DNA of 64,000 bases, taken from Crocinitomicaceae bacterium (GTDB taxonomy: Bacteria; Bacteroidota; Bacteroidia; Flavobacteriales_D; Crocinitomicaceae). Under the pieces are notes generated by a model. It had not been told where the DNA came from. It worked only from the letters and a program-made list of their open reading frames with translations, and ran no database searches. Below, piece by piece: positions 46,192 to 55,652 of this stretch. Numbering within the stretch: position 1 is the stretch's first letter; each line of letters starts with the position of its first letter. Location: NCBI GenBank assembly GCA_040379705.1, contig JBEIKR010000001.1:13973-77972 (forward strand). The letters are read 5' to 3'. The position numbers were made by a program, and so were the translations under genes.

Positions 46192-49053
46192 ATGAGTACT
46201 TTCTCTACCCGTCACATTGGTCCGAGCGAATCGGAAAAGACACAAATATTGAACAAAATTGGTGTTTCCTCTGTGGAAGAACTGATTGGTAAAACAATTC
46301 CCGCGCATATTCGACTTAATCGTGAGTTGCATATCGACGATGCCATGTCGGAACAGGAATACTTGCAACATATTACAGCACTCGGGAAACAAAACCAAGT
46401 GTTTCGCTCTTTCATTGGCTTAGGGTACAACGAAACCATCGTTCCTTCAGTAATTCTGCGCAACGTTTTAGAAAATCCAGGATGGTATACTGCCTATACG
46501 CCATACCAAGCTGAAATTTCTCAAGGACGTCTTGAAGCACTTTTGAATTTCCAAACGATGGTAATGGAATTGACCGGTATGGATATCGCCAATGCATCAT
46601 TGCTTGACGAAGGAACTTCTGCTGCTGAGGCCATGATTATGTTCTGGAATTCACGTTCACGCAGTGATGTGAAAGAAGGGAAAAATCGATTCTTCATTTC
46701 TTCAACATGCCTTCCTCAGACGATTGAAGTTGTTGAAGGACGCGCGAAAAACCTTGGGATTGAATTGGTTGTAGGTGATCAAAGCACGCAAGATTTAAGC
46801 AATGGCTTCTTCGGCGCTTTAATCCAATATCCCGATGCACGCGGTGTTGTTCACGACATTAGTGGATTTATCGCTTCAGCGAAAGGTTTAGGTGTTCAAG
46901 TTGCTGTTGCTGCAGACATTTTGTCTCTCGTTATTCTCCGTTCGCCAGGTTCAATGGGTGCCGATGTGGTTTTAGGAACCTCTCAGCGATTCGGAGTTCC
47001 TATGGGTTATGGTGGTCCTCACGCTGCATTTTTCTCTGCAAAAGACGATTATAAGCGTACCATGCCAGGACGAATTATCGGTGTTTCGAAAGATGCCGAT
47101 AACAATTTAGCCCTTCGAATGGCACTTCAAACGCGCGAGCAGCACATCAAACGCGATAAAGCGACGTCAAATATTTGTACCGCTCAAGCACTTCTTGCTG
47201 TAATGGCAAGCATGTATGCTGTGTATCACGGACCAGACGGAATGCGCTCAATTGCCTTGCATTGTCATTCATTGGCGACAAAAACGGCAGTTGGATTAAA
47301 GTCAATGGGCATTGAACTAGGAAGTGATTCTTTCTTCGATACGCTATGGGTAAAAGGTGTTGAATCATCAGCACTGCGCAAAGAAGCAGAAGCAGCAGGA
47401 ATGAACTTCCATTATATCAACGAAACAGAACAATCGATTAGCTTCGGTGAGCCTCATACGCTTGCTGATGTGAACACAATCATGGCTGTATTTGCTAAGG
47501 TTGCAGGAAAAAATGCTCATGAAGTATTGCCTGAACATTCAAGCAGCATTTCGACTGAAAAGTTGCGTACGGATGCCGTTTTCACACATCCAACCTTCAA
47601 TCGTTTTCATTCTGAATCGAAAATGATGCGCTACTTGAAGCGTTTGGAAAACAAAGACCTTTCGCTCGTTCATAGTATGATCCCCTTGGGTTCATGCACA
47701 ATGAAGTTGAATGCTGCATCTGAACTTATTCCAATCACAGATCCTCAATTCGCCAACATGCACCCATTTGCTCCTGTGGAGCAGGCTGCTGGATATCATG
47801 CGCTTTTCCGTGAATTGGAAAAAGACTTGTGTGAGTGTACAGGTTTTGCGGCGATGTCCTTACAACCTAATTCGGGAGCGCAAGGTGAATATGCAGGTTT
47901 GATGGTGATTAAAGCATACCATGAATCACGTGGTGATCACCACCGTACGAAAATGATTATTCCTTCATCAGCACACGGAACTAACCCGGCTTCTGCAGTG
48001 ATGGCTGGATTTGAAGTAGTGGTAACGAGCTGTGACGAAAATGGAAACATAAACATCGATGAGTTGCGTCAAGTGGCGGTAGAATTGAAAGATTCATTGG
48101 CGGGATTGATGGTAACTTACCCGTCTACACATGGTGTATATGAAGAAGGTATTCACGAAATTACATCAATCATCCACGAAAATGGTGGTCAGGTATATAT
48201 GGATGGTGCCAATATGAACGCACAAGTAGGATTGACGAATCCAGGGAATATTGGTGCGGATGTGTGCCACCTCAACTTGCATAAGACATTCGCCATCCCA
48301 CACGGTGGTGGTGGACCAGGCATGGGTCCAATTGGTGTAGCTTCGCATTTAGCACCATTCATTCCAGGAAGTCCTGTGATTAAGTCTGGAGGAGAACAAG
48401 CCATTCATGCAATTTCTGCGGCTCCTTATGGTTCGGCGTTGATTTTATTGATTTCTTACGGTTACATCAAAATGTTGGGGGCTGAAGGATTGCGTCATTC
48501 TACTGAAATCGCGATTGTGAATGCAAACTATATCGCAGCGTCATTGAAAGGCCATTACGATATCCTTTACACCGGTAAGAATGGTACGGTTGCCCACGAA
48601 ATGATTTTGGATTGCCGCGATTTCAAGAAAACAGCAGAGGTTGAAGTAGCCGACATGGCGAAGCGATTGATTGACTTCGGATTCCACGCGCCAACGGTTT
48701 CTTTCCCTGTGGCTGGTACTTTGATGATTGAGCCGACTGAATCAGAAGACAAAGAAGAGCTTGATCGTTTCATCACAGCGATGATTAAAATCCGTGAGGA
48801 GATCAAAGAAATCGAAAACGGCCATGCAGATAAAGAAAATAACCTTTTGAAAAATGCACCGCATACGGCTGATTGTATCATCAATAAGAACTGGAATTAC
48901 CCATACTCTCCGCAAGAGGCTGTGTATCCGGTTGAGTATTTGAAAGATTACAAGTACTGGGTGCCTGTGCGTCGTGTGGATAATGCATACGGTGACCGCA
49001 ACTTGGTGTGTTCTTGCCCAAGTGTGGAAAGCTATCGAGATGTGATAGCATAA
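46192..49053 (+). CDS. gcvP: glycine dehydrogenase (aminomethyl-transferring), glycine cleavage system P protein
   Basis: FSTRHIGPSESE..., YTPYQAEISQGRLEALLNFQT, the PLP-lysine region CHLNLHKTFAIPHGGGGPG, and a length of about 950 aa. I trimmed it to MSTFSTRH; the 31 upstream tracked codons look non-coding. Confidence 0.95.
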   Translation: MSTFSTRHIGPSESEKTQILNKIGVSSVEELIGKTIPAHIRLNRELHIDDAMSEQEYLQHITALGKQNQVFRSFIGLGYNETIVPSVILRNVLENPGWYTAYTPYQAEISQGRLEALLNFQTMVMELTGMDIANASLLDEGTSAAEAMIMFWNSRSRSDVKEGKNRFFISSTCLPQTIEVVEGRAKNLGIELVVGDQSTQDLSNGFFGALIQYPDARGVVHDISGFIASAKGLGVQVAVAADILSLVILRSPGSMGADVVLGTSQRFGVPMGYGGPHAAFFSAKDDYKRTMPGRIIGVSKDADNNLALRMALQTREQHIKRDKATSNICTAQALLAVMASMYAVYHGPDGMRSIALHCHSLATKTAVGLKSMGIELGSDSFFDTLWVKGVESSALRKEAEAAGMNFHYINETEQSISFGEPHTLADVNTIMAVFAKVAGKNAHEVLPEHSSSISTEKLRTDAVFTHPTFNRFHSESKMMRYLKRLENKDLSLVHSMIPLGSCTMKLNAASELIPITDPQFANMHPFAPVEQAAGYHALFRELEKDLCECTGFAAMSLQPNSGAQGEYAGLMVIKAYHESRGDHHRTKMIIPSSAHGTNPASAVMAGFEVVVTSCDENGNINIDELRQVAVELKDSLAGLMVTYPSTHGVYEEGIHEITSIIHENGGQVYMDGANMNAQVGLTNPGNIGADVCHLNLHKTFAIPHGGGGPGMGPIGVASHLAPFIPGSPVIKSGGEQAIHAISAAPYGSALILLISYGYIKMLGAEGLRHSTEIAIVNANYIAASLKGHYDILYTGKNGTVAHEMILDCRDFKKTAEVEVADMAKRLIDFGFHAPTVSFPVAGTLMIEPTESEDKEELDRFITAMIKIREEIKEIENGHADKENNLLKNAPHTADCIINKNWNYPYSPQEAVYPVEYLKDYKYWVPVRRVDNAYGDRNLVCSCPSVESYRDVIA

Positions 49054-49070
49054 ATAAAATATGCAGAAAC

Positions 49071-49102
49071 AAAAAAACCGCTAATTGCTTAGCGGTTTTT
49101 TT
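49071..49102. terminator. bidirectional rho-independent terminator between gcvP and the convergent lipoprotein gene
   Basis: AAAAAAA CCGCTAA TTGC TTAGCGG TTTTTTT is a perfect 7-bp stem flanked by A7 and T7. Confidence 0.8.
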
Positions 49103-49126
49103 GTTGAATTTAATTCAATCTTCAGG

Positions 49127-49441
49127 TTAGAACAATTCCAATGTTGTGCATCCTTCAGTTACTGTTACTGAACCTGACCAAGTTGATGTACCGTCAGTTG
49201 CAGAATAGTTATACGTTCCAGTTTCCAATTCATTAAAAACTGCACAACCTGATGACCCACAACTCGGAGCAGTAGCATACTCAGACGTGATATTCGAAGA
49301 AATACCATCTAATGTCACCAATGTAATACCAAATCCACTTCCCGTTTGTTGCCAAACAGTGACATCTCCATACTTCGTCTTGTTACATGATGATAGTGCC
49401 AATAAAGCCACCAATGAAGAAAATAAAAACAATTTTTTCAT
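49127..49441 (-). CDS. small hypothetical lipoprotein (104 aa)
   Basis: MKKLFLFSSLVALLALSSC lipobox; the remainder is T/S/G-rich beta-type sequence with no recognisable family. Confidence 0.6.
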   Translation of the reverse strand: MKKLFLFSSLVALLALSSCNKTKYGDVTVWQQTGSGFGITLVTLDGISSNITSEYATAPSCGSSGCAVFNELETGTYNYSATDGTSTWSGSVTVTEGCTTLELF

Positions 49442-49773
49442 GCGTTTAGTTTAGTTAAGTTTTCTTACTCATATCGCTTTTCAGTTCCGCGAAAACCAAT
49501 TTATCTGAAATGTATTAATCTATTCAGGTTAAATATGTTTATTCAAATATATTGTTTCTCGCTTAATCGCAATATATATGTTGCATTATTTTATTTTACG
49601 TGCGCTACTTACTGAAATTCAACATGTCAACAAAAATTTGAGAGGGCTTTATTATTCCATTCATTTATTCGCTCCACGATTCATCTTTCTAATGCATATC
49701 GCTTTAAATATCTTGACTCGTACCACTGAAAATTCAATACATCCCCTACTGGATTTCCTTGAAGTCATCGGTC

Positions 49774-52700
49774 CTAATTTTTCTTTACAAACTCCTCAAA
49801 TGATTTCATAGTAACCGATACAAAGCCTGCTTTTTCAGTTGCAGCCAGGTACTTTGCCAATTGTGCTATTTGAATTTCTTTGAAACGTTTCTTTGCCTCA
49901 GTCAAAGCTGTTTGTAGCATCGTCAAACTTTCGAGCTGTGTTGTTGAGGGCGCACCGTAATATGCGCCAATCGTACTGAACAAATCACCAATCTTTTCGC
50001 GCAATTGTTTCTCAGCAGCACCCACATAGTTGTCTCCAGTAGTAATCACAAGCGTTTTCTTCAAGGCCATTAAATCCGTATTGAACTTCATAGCTTGTTT
50101 CTTTAAGCTTGCATTTTCCTTGATAACCTTCTCCGAGTGTGCCAAGTATTCATCAATTTGATAGACCATATACGCCAACTCTTCCGTCATGGCATACATC
50201 GTTTTCACTGTTTCTTGCTGCTTCAAGCGTTCATCCTTTGTGAACATTGATTTCTTCGGATACGTCACCTCTATGATCGTCTCGAATTTCTCCGTTCCCT
50301 TCATAATCACTGCTTTGTATTTTCCTGCAGGCACGCGTGGGGCAAACATCGCTCCTCCAGCAATGGTCTTCCCAGTAGCAACCGTTGGCGCCATGGAATT
50401 GAAGCCCCATTCCACGATATTGATGCCTTTTTGTTTTCCGGGTGAAAGTGACGTAATCCATTTGTCATTTTCATCATAAATATCCAAGGTCATCTTTCCA
50501 AACGTGTGGCGGCTTGACAAGTGATAGATGATTTTTGCAGCGGATGATGGATTGGCTCCGACAAACTGTGTCTCACCACTTGAACCACCAAAATTGCTGG
50601 ATTCATCCATTTCGTAAGGCATTGTTTTAAAGAAGTGTAATTTTTTCGCTTGCACTTCTGGTGTCAATTGTCGCAATGGGCTGATGTCGTCGATGATAAT
50701 GATTCCACGGCCATGTGTACCCAAGATGATGTCATTAGTAATCGGATGCTCTTCGATGTAATGCACAGCAGTAGCCGGAACACCATTCGTGAACTTCAAC
50801 CAATTTTTTCCTCCATCAACCGTAATAAACAACCCAAACTCCGTCCCAAGGAACAATAAATCTGGATTGATACGATCTTCCTGGATGTTACGTGCAAAAC
50901 CACTGATGTCACCAGTTACAATTGATGTCCATGTTTTTCCTGCATCTGTTGTTTTGTACACATAGGTATTCATGTCATTCTTCGTGTGGCCATCGAACAC
51001 TGCATAGGCCGTATTGATGTCGTGAACACTTGCTTCGATATGGTAGCACCATGTTTTGACTGGTAAACCTTTCACATTCAAGGTCAGGTTTGACCAAGTC
51101 TTACCGCCATCTTTGGTCAATTGCACATTCCCGTCATCCGTTCCTACCCAGATTACATTGGCATCAAGTGGTGACTCTGCGATGGTAAAAATAGTACAAT
51201 GGTTCTCCGCACCTGAGTTGTCTGCCGAAAGTCCTCCCGATGCTTCTTGTTGTTGTTTCGTAGGATCATTGGTGGTAAGGTCGGGAGAAATCTTCACCCA
51301 GTTATCCCCTTTATCATTAGAACGGTGTAAAAACTGACTTCCGATGTACAAACGATCTGGTTCGTGCAAGCTTGTAGTAATGGCCGCATTCCAATTGAAT
51401 CGGAACTTTGGATCGCCTTGAACAGGAAAAGGTTTAATTACCTTGACTTGCTGAATTTGCTTGTCGTAGCGCCATACCCCTTCTGCACCTTGCATTTCAG
51501 AATAGACAATATTGGGATTCGTTGGATGAGGATACACACGGAAACCATCACCATACCCCACTGAATTCCAGTCGCGTGCTTCGATACCACCCGGACTTGC
51601 AGAAGGACCAAACCAAGAACCATTGTCTTGCAATCCACCGTAAATATTATAGGGCGTTTGATTGTCCACACTCACATGGTAGAATTGACAGATTGGCAAA
51701 TTCTGAATCATTTCCATGGTCGTTCCACCATTCAAAGAACGATACAAACCGCCGTCGGTTGCTGCAAAGAGCTTCTCTGAATCATGCACATCAAACCAAA
51801 TGTCATGAATATCGGAGTGCATCATTCCTAATCCCTTAAAGGTTTTCCCGCCATCGTGAGAAATGGATCCCGACAAACCCGCTTTCGCCACTACGTCTGG
51901 ATTTTTCGGGTCCACCGTAATCCGTGAAAAATAGAATGGGCGCACCGTTAATTCAAAATCACTGTTCAAGTGTTTCCATGTCGCGCCGGCATCATCCGAA
52001 CGATACAAACCTTTTTCTTCTGCTTTTTCCGCTTCTACAACAGCGTATAAGATGCCTGGATTAGACGGTGCTATGGTCACGGCGATTCTACCCAAGTTTC
52101 CTTTTGGAATGCCATTGTGAATTTTATTCCATGTCACTCCACCGTCGGTACTTTTGTAAAGAGAGCTGTTTAAGCCACCAGAATTGAAAGAATAGGCAGT
52201 ACGACGAAACTCCCAAAATGCTGCATACAAGATGTTGGGATTTGTTGGATCCATCACAAGTTCAGAACAACCAGTTGTCGCATTCACGTACAAGATTTTC
52301 GTCCAAGTCGCACCACCATCTGTTGTTTTGTAAACTCCACGGTCTTCGCTGTCGCCCCACAAGGCACCCATTGCGCCCACATACACGGTTTTCGAGTCTT
52401 TTGGGTGAACTTCTACAGCACTGATGCGTTCGGTTTTCTCCAAGCCCATTTTCTTCCAGTTCTTGCCGCCATCTGCCGTTTTGAATATTCCAGCTCCGAT
52501 AGAAACACTGTTGCGTGTCCACACTTCTCCTGTTCCTACCCAAACCGTATTGTCAGGATCGGAAGGATCAATAGCCACAGCACCAATCGATTGAGGCAAT
52601 TCCTCCAAACGTCCATCAAAAATGGGGTTAAAAAGTACCCCACCATCCTGCGACTTCCAGACGCCACCTCCAGCAGTTCCAATATAAATTACTTTTGAAT

Positions 52701-52866
52701 CGGATGGATGTCCTTCAACATCTGTGACTCGTCCGCTCATCAATGCTGGACCTATTTGACGCGCCTTCAGGTCACCAAAAAGCTCAAGACCTTTCAGAAT
52801 AGAAACTTGTGAAAAACTGGCTGTAGCGCATAGCACTAAGGCCATTGAAAAGAGAATTTTTTTCAT
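49774..52866 (-). CDS. sortilin/VPS10-like BNR (Asp-box) repeat protein, usually annotated 'glycosyl hydrolase'
   Basis: It has a signal peptide and at least 9 Asp-box motifs S/T.D.G.TW (TADGGKNWKK, TTDGGATWTK, STDGGVTWNK, SDDAGATWKH, TKDGGKTWSN, TTDAGKTWTS, TVDGGKNWLK, ...). That pattern implies two beta-propellers; 1030 aa. Confidence 0.8.
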   Translation of the reverse strand: MKKILFSMALVLCATASFSQVSILKGLELFGDLKARQIGPALMSGRVTDVEGHPSDSKVIYIGTAGGGVWKSQDGGVLFNPIFDGRLEELPQSIGAVAIDPSDPDNTVWVGTGEVWTRNSVSIGAGIFKTADGGKNWKKMGLEKTERISAVEVHPKDSKTVYVGAMGALWGDSEDRGVYKTTDGGATWTKILYVNATTGCSELVMDPTNPNILYAAFWEFRRTAYSFNSGGLNSSLYKSTDGGVTWNKIHNGIPKGNLGRIAVTIAPSNPGILYAVVEAEKAEEKGLYRSDDAGATWKHLNSDFELTVRPFYFSRITVDPKNPDVVAKAGLSGSISHDGGKTFKGLGMMHSDIHDIWFDVHDSEKLFAATDGGLYRSLNGGTTMEMIQNLPICQFYHVSVDNQTPYNIYGGLQDNGSWFGPSASPGGIEARDWNSVGYGDGFRVYPHPTNPNIVYSEMQGAEGVWRYDKQIQQVKVIKPFPVQGDPKFRFNWNAAITTSLHEPDRLYIGSQFLHRSNDKGDNWVKISPDLTTNDPTKQQQEASGGLSADNSGAENHCTIFTIAESPLDANVIWVGTDDGNVQLTKDGGKTWSNLTLNVKGLPVKTWCYHIEASVHDINTAYAVFDGHTKNDMNTYVYKTTDAGKTWTSIVTGDISGFARNIQEDRINPDLLFLGTEFGLFITVDGGKNWLKFTNGVPATAVHYIEEHPITNDIILGTHGRGIIIIDDISPLRQLTPEVQAKKLHFFKTMPYEMDESSNFGGSSGETQFVGANPSSAAKIIYHLSSRHTFGKMTLDIYDENDKWITSLSPGKQKGINIVEWGFNSMAPTVATGKTIAGGAMFAPRVPAGKYKAVIMKGTEKFETIIEVTYPKKSMFTKDERLKQQETVKTMYAMTEELAYMVYQIDEYLAHSEKVIKENASLKKQAMKFNTDLMALKKTLVITTGDNYVGAAEKQLREKIGDLFSTIGAYYGAPSTTQLESLTMLQTALTEAKKRFKEIQIAQLAKYLAATEKAGFVSVTMKSFEEFVKKN

Positions 52867-52914
52867 GGATTTAATTTAAATGCATGCACATTGAAGCATG
52901 ATCGGAAGGTTTAA

Positions 52915-53658
52915 TTATTCTCCTGGGAAAAGGAAGATTTTATCTTCGAATTTTTGGTTGAGTACCACTTTTTCAAACTCGATTACTTGGCCTTCGCCAT
53001 CTTTCAAGCGTTGCATCATAGAAAATGGAAAATAAATACCATCAACCTCTTGGTAATCGGAGTACACTGTTTGAGAAATATTTCCCTTCATTTCACCGGA
53101 TGGGATCTCTGCTTCAACCACAATCGGAACGAAGTTTTCCTTATCGATATAATAGAACTCGATGTTAGGAACTTCTTTGCCATCAATCATCAATGGCTTC
53201 TTTGTCAACTTAATTTTGAAGCATTCAACCCCTTCCATCGTTTCGTTTGGAAGTAACTCAATGCTGTAGCCATTTGCCTTATAGTTAATCAATGGCGAAA
53301 TGAAGTCACCCATTGAACGCTTGATGTTTTCCGTTTCTTCAGCATCATTTTTCTCAGGTTTCATCGTCATAAAACTTGTTCCCCAAGCTGTTTTGCCATC
53401 GAATGCCATTTGAACCATTTCCTGACCTTGAAACGTAATTTTCATTACTGAACGTCCATCGCGCAGAGAGACCATCTCTATCGGAATGCTCATACCACTA
53501 TAATCTACAGAAGCCTTCATTTGTACACTTGAAATCGACTTTAACTTATCGGCGCCACCAATATTTTTAACGTATGTAGCAACAATTTCCTCCGCTGTCT
53601 GGCTAAAAGAGATGATTGAAACGAATGAAAATGCGAAGAGTAAAAAGAATTTAGTCAT
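52915..53658 (-). CDS. LolA-like outer membrane lipoprotein-sorting family protein
   Basis: I trimmed it to MTKFFLLFAFSFVSIISFSQ (signal peptide). The size and pattern (..IGGADKLKSI.S..MK......G..IP.EM....DGR....ITFQG.......FDGKTAW) recall this family. I made the call from memory of the family and did not verify it. Confidence 0.55.
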   Translation of the reverse strand: MTKFFLLFAFSFVSIISFSQTAEEIVATYVKNIGGADKLKSISSVQMKASVDYSGMSIPIEMVSLRDGRSVMKITFQGQEMVQMAFDGKTAWGTSFMTMKPEKNDAEETENIKRSMGDFISPLINYKANGYSIELLPNETMEGVECFKIKLTKKPLMIDGKEVPNIEFYYIDKENFVPIVVEAEIPSGEMKGNISQTVYSDYQEVDGIYFPFSMMQRLKDGEGQVIEFEKVVLNQKFEDKIFLFPGE

Positions 53659-53742
53659 AATGAAATAGTTTTTTTTAGTTGGTGAGACGAAGATAGTATT
53701 CAAGTTGTTACAGCTTACAGAAAAAATGTTAAATCGAAACAA

Positions 53743-54489
53743 TTACTCACAATCGAATGGAAAAACAAAAGACTCTCCTGCATTGAGCTTCCGTATACTA
53801 GACAAGTTGTTCAGATCATCATACTTTTTTCTTGCAAGTTTTTCAACCAAGCCCTTTCCGATTTTTTGTTCATCGTGCGTGGCAATGACGATTGATGCTG
53901 AAGTAAGATCCTTTAATTGTTGGGCATTGGCAAGTCCAAGATTGATTGTTCCGCCGATCCAAAAAGGCAATTTATACAAGGTAGTGGTGCTGATGACTAC
54001 ATCGACCTTCGGCAAGGATTTCACCCGTGAACCGTGAGGAGCATAGAGCAATTTTCCCGCTTCGGAGAGAAATACGAAGGCATTGTGCACGGGATCCAAG
54101 AATGAACCACTTCCTATTTTTTCGATGGTTATTTCTGCATCTTCGAGAGACCGAACCGTTTTGAAATGACCCCATTTCGCTATTTTATTCTTGACAGCGC
54201 GGTCAGCAATGACAGGTATAGATGCATCCAGTTGGAGCAGTGTTTCTTTGTTGCAATGATCGGTGAAAGGATGTGAAACGAAGATAAAATCGATGTCGCC
54301 TAATTCATCCATTAACGGTTGTTTCGTGACATGAAATTGTTCGCTGAACCAAGGATGTAAATCCACTTGCGATGGCGTAAACCATGGGTCAACAAGGTAT
54401 CGCTTCCCATTCAAGGTCCAGATCCAAGATGAATCGTCATTTAATTTATGGAAATGCATTTGCCCAGACATAGACTTACATGAATTCAT
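53743..54489 (-). CDS. MBL-fold (metallo-beta-lactamase superfamily) protein with a variant metal motif
   Basis: YLVDPWF..., IDFIFVSHPFTDHCN (HxFxDH where HxHxDH is expected) and a later ..YAPHGS.. His. It is the last gene of the operon. The start is 54489 or 54471. Confidence 0.6.
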   Translation of the reverse strand: MNSCKSMSGQMHFHKLNDDSSWIWTLNGKRYLVDPWFTPSQVDLHPWFSEQFHVTKQPLMDELGDIDFIFVSHPFTDHCNKETLLQLDASIPVIADRAVKNKIAKWGHFKTVRSLEDAEITIEKIGSGSFLDPVHNAFVFLSEAGKLLYAPHGSRVKSLPKVDVVISTTTLYKLPFWIGGTINLGLANAQQLKDLTSASIVIATHDEQKIGKGLVEKLARKKYDDLNNLSSIRKLNAGESFVFPFDCE

Positions 54490-55651
54490 TTTTCACCGAG
54501 AGCATCCGATCAAATGCTTCATTTAAAATCTTTTCAGAAGTCGCGTAGCAAATGCGGATGTGGCCTTCAGAGGATTCTTCAAACCAGTTTTTTCCTCCTG
54601 GAACAAGCGCCACCTTTGACTTTTCAAGCATCCATTTCACCCATTGTTCCGAATTCATATTGTTTGACTTCAGCGAAGGAAAGACTAAATACGTTGCATT
54701 GGGAGAAACGGGATGAAACATTTCCATCTGCTCAATAAAATCTGTGGTGAATGACCTCATTTTCTTCAGATGGACAAGAAACTCATCCAACCAAAAAGTA
54801 GATTCAAGAAGTGCTGCAGTTCCAGCGGCTTGTGCAAGTCCTGATAGTCCAAATGCGGTCGATTGATGACCAGAGCAATAGAGAATCTTTTGATAGGAGA
54901 TCGGATCTGGAGCAACGATATATCCGATGCGCAAGCCAGCCAAACCGAAATTCTTCGACAAGCCAGAGACAATGATTCTTTTTGGATATGCTTTAAGTTT
55001 GTTCGATGCAATACTTGTCACACTGCCATTATAATCGATATCTGCCCAAATCTCATCAGAGACAATGACCAAATCATGTTGTTCGGCAAAGTCAATTAGC
55101 GCATTCAACTGATCCTTTGAGATGGCCATTCCCAAGGGATTATTTGGATTACAGATGAAAAGAGCTTTGGTCTTTTTATCCACCAAACCTTCCATTTTCT
55201 CGAAATCAAAATTTCCTGTTAATTTATCAAGTTGAACAGTGCGTACTTCAGCGCCTGCATGTTCTACTGCTTTACGAAAAAGAAAATCCACAGGATCGGG
55301 AATGATGGCATTTTCACCGTGGTTGAGCACACATTTCGCCACGGTAAATAAGCCAAAAGCTGCGCTATTCACGGGTAGCACACATGATGCATCTATTGTT
55401 GCATCATGACGTAATCGAAACCATTCTTTCACGGCATCTTTAAATACACTCAATCCTTCTGCCGGACCATACGAGAAATATCCATCCTTGCTGTAATCGT
55501 GTATGGCACGCACAATTGGCTCAGCTACTGGGAAGTCCGGATCCGCGGCAGTAAGTGGAATGACACCATCATCCAATGTCGCCCATCGATAGTTGAAGGC
55601 CTTTTGACGCAAGGCCTTAAGATTCACTTTATCGTTGTCAAAGAATCCCAT
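54476..55651 (-). CDS. class I/II fold PLP-dependent aminotransferase or C-S lyase (MalY/PatB-like)
   Basis: NYRWATLDDGVIPLTAADPDFPVAEPI, FICNPNNPLG and the PLP-lysine motif SGLSKNFGLAGLRIGY; 391 aa. Confidence 0.8.
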   Translation of the reverse strand: MGFFDNDKVNLKALRQKAFNYRWATLDDGVIPLTAADPDFPVAEPIVRAIHDYSKDGYFSYGPAEGLSVFKDAVKEWFRLRHDATIDASCVLPVNSAAFGLFTVAKCVLNHGENAIIPDPVDFLFRKAVEHAGAEVRTVQLDKLTGNFDFEKMEGLVDKKTKALFICNPNNPLGMAISKDQLNALIDFAEQHDLVIVSDEIWADIDYNGSVTSIASNKLKAYPKRIIVSGLSKNFGLAGLRIGYIVAPDPISYQKILYCSGHQSTAFGLSGLAQAAGTAALLESTFWLDEFLVHLKKMRSFTTDFIEQMEMFHPVSPNATYLVFPSLKSNNMNSEQWVKWMLEKSKVALVPGGKNWFEESSEGHIRICYATSEKILNEAFDRMLSVKNEFM

Positions 55652-55652
55652 A

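Noticed and set aside
49442-49811. 77-aa ORF (49578-49811, +) in the 332-bp spacer upstream of the small lipoprotein gene
   Set aside because: It is AT-rich and low-complexity, overlaps the 3' end of the sortilin-like gene on the opposite strand, and has no motif. It is more likely promoter or spacer DNA.
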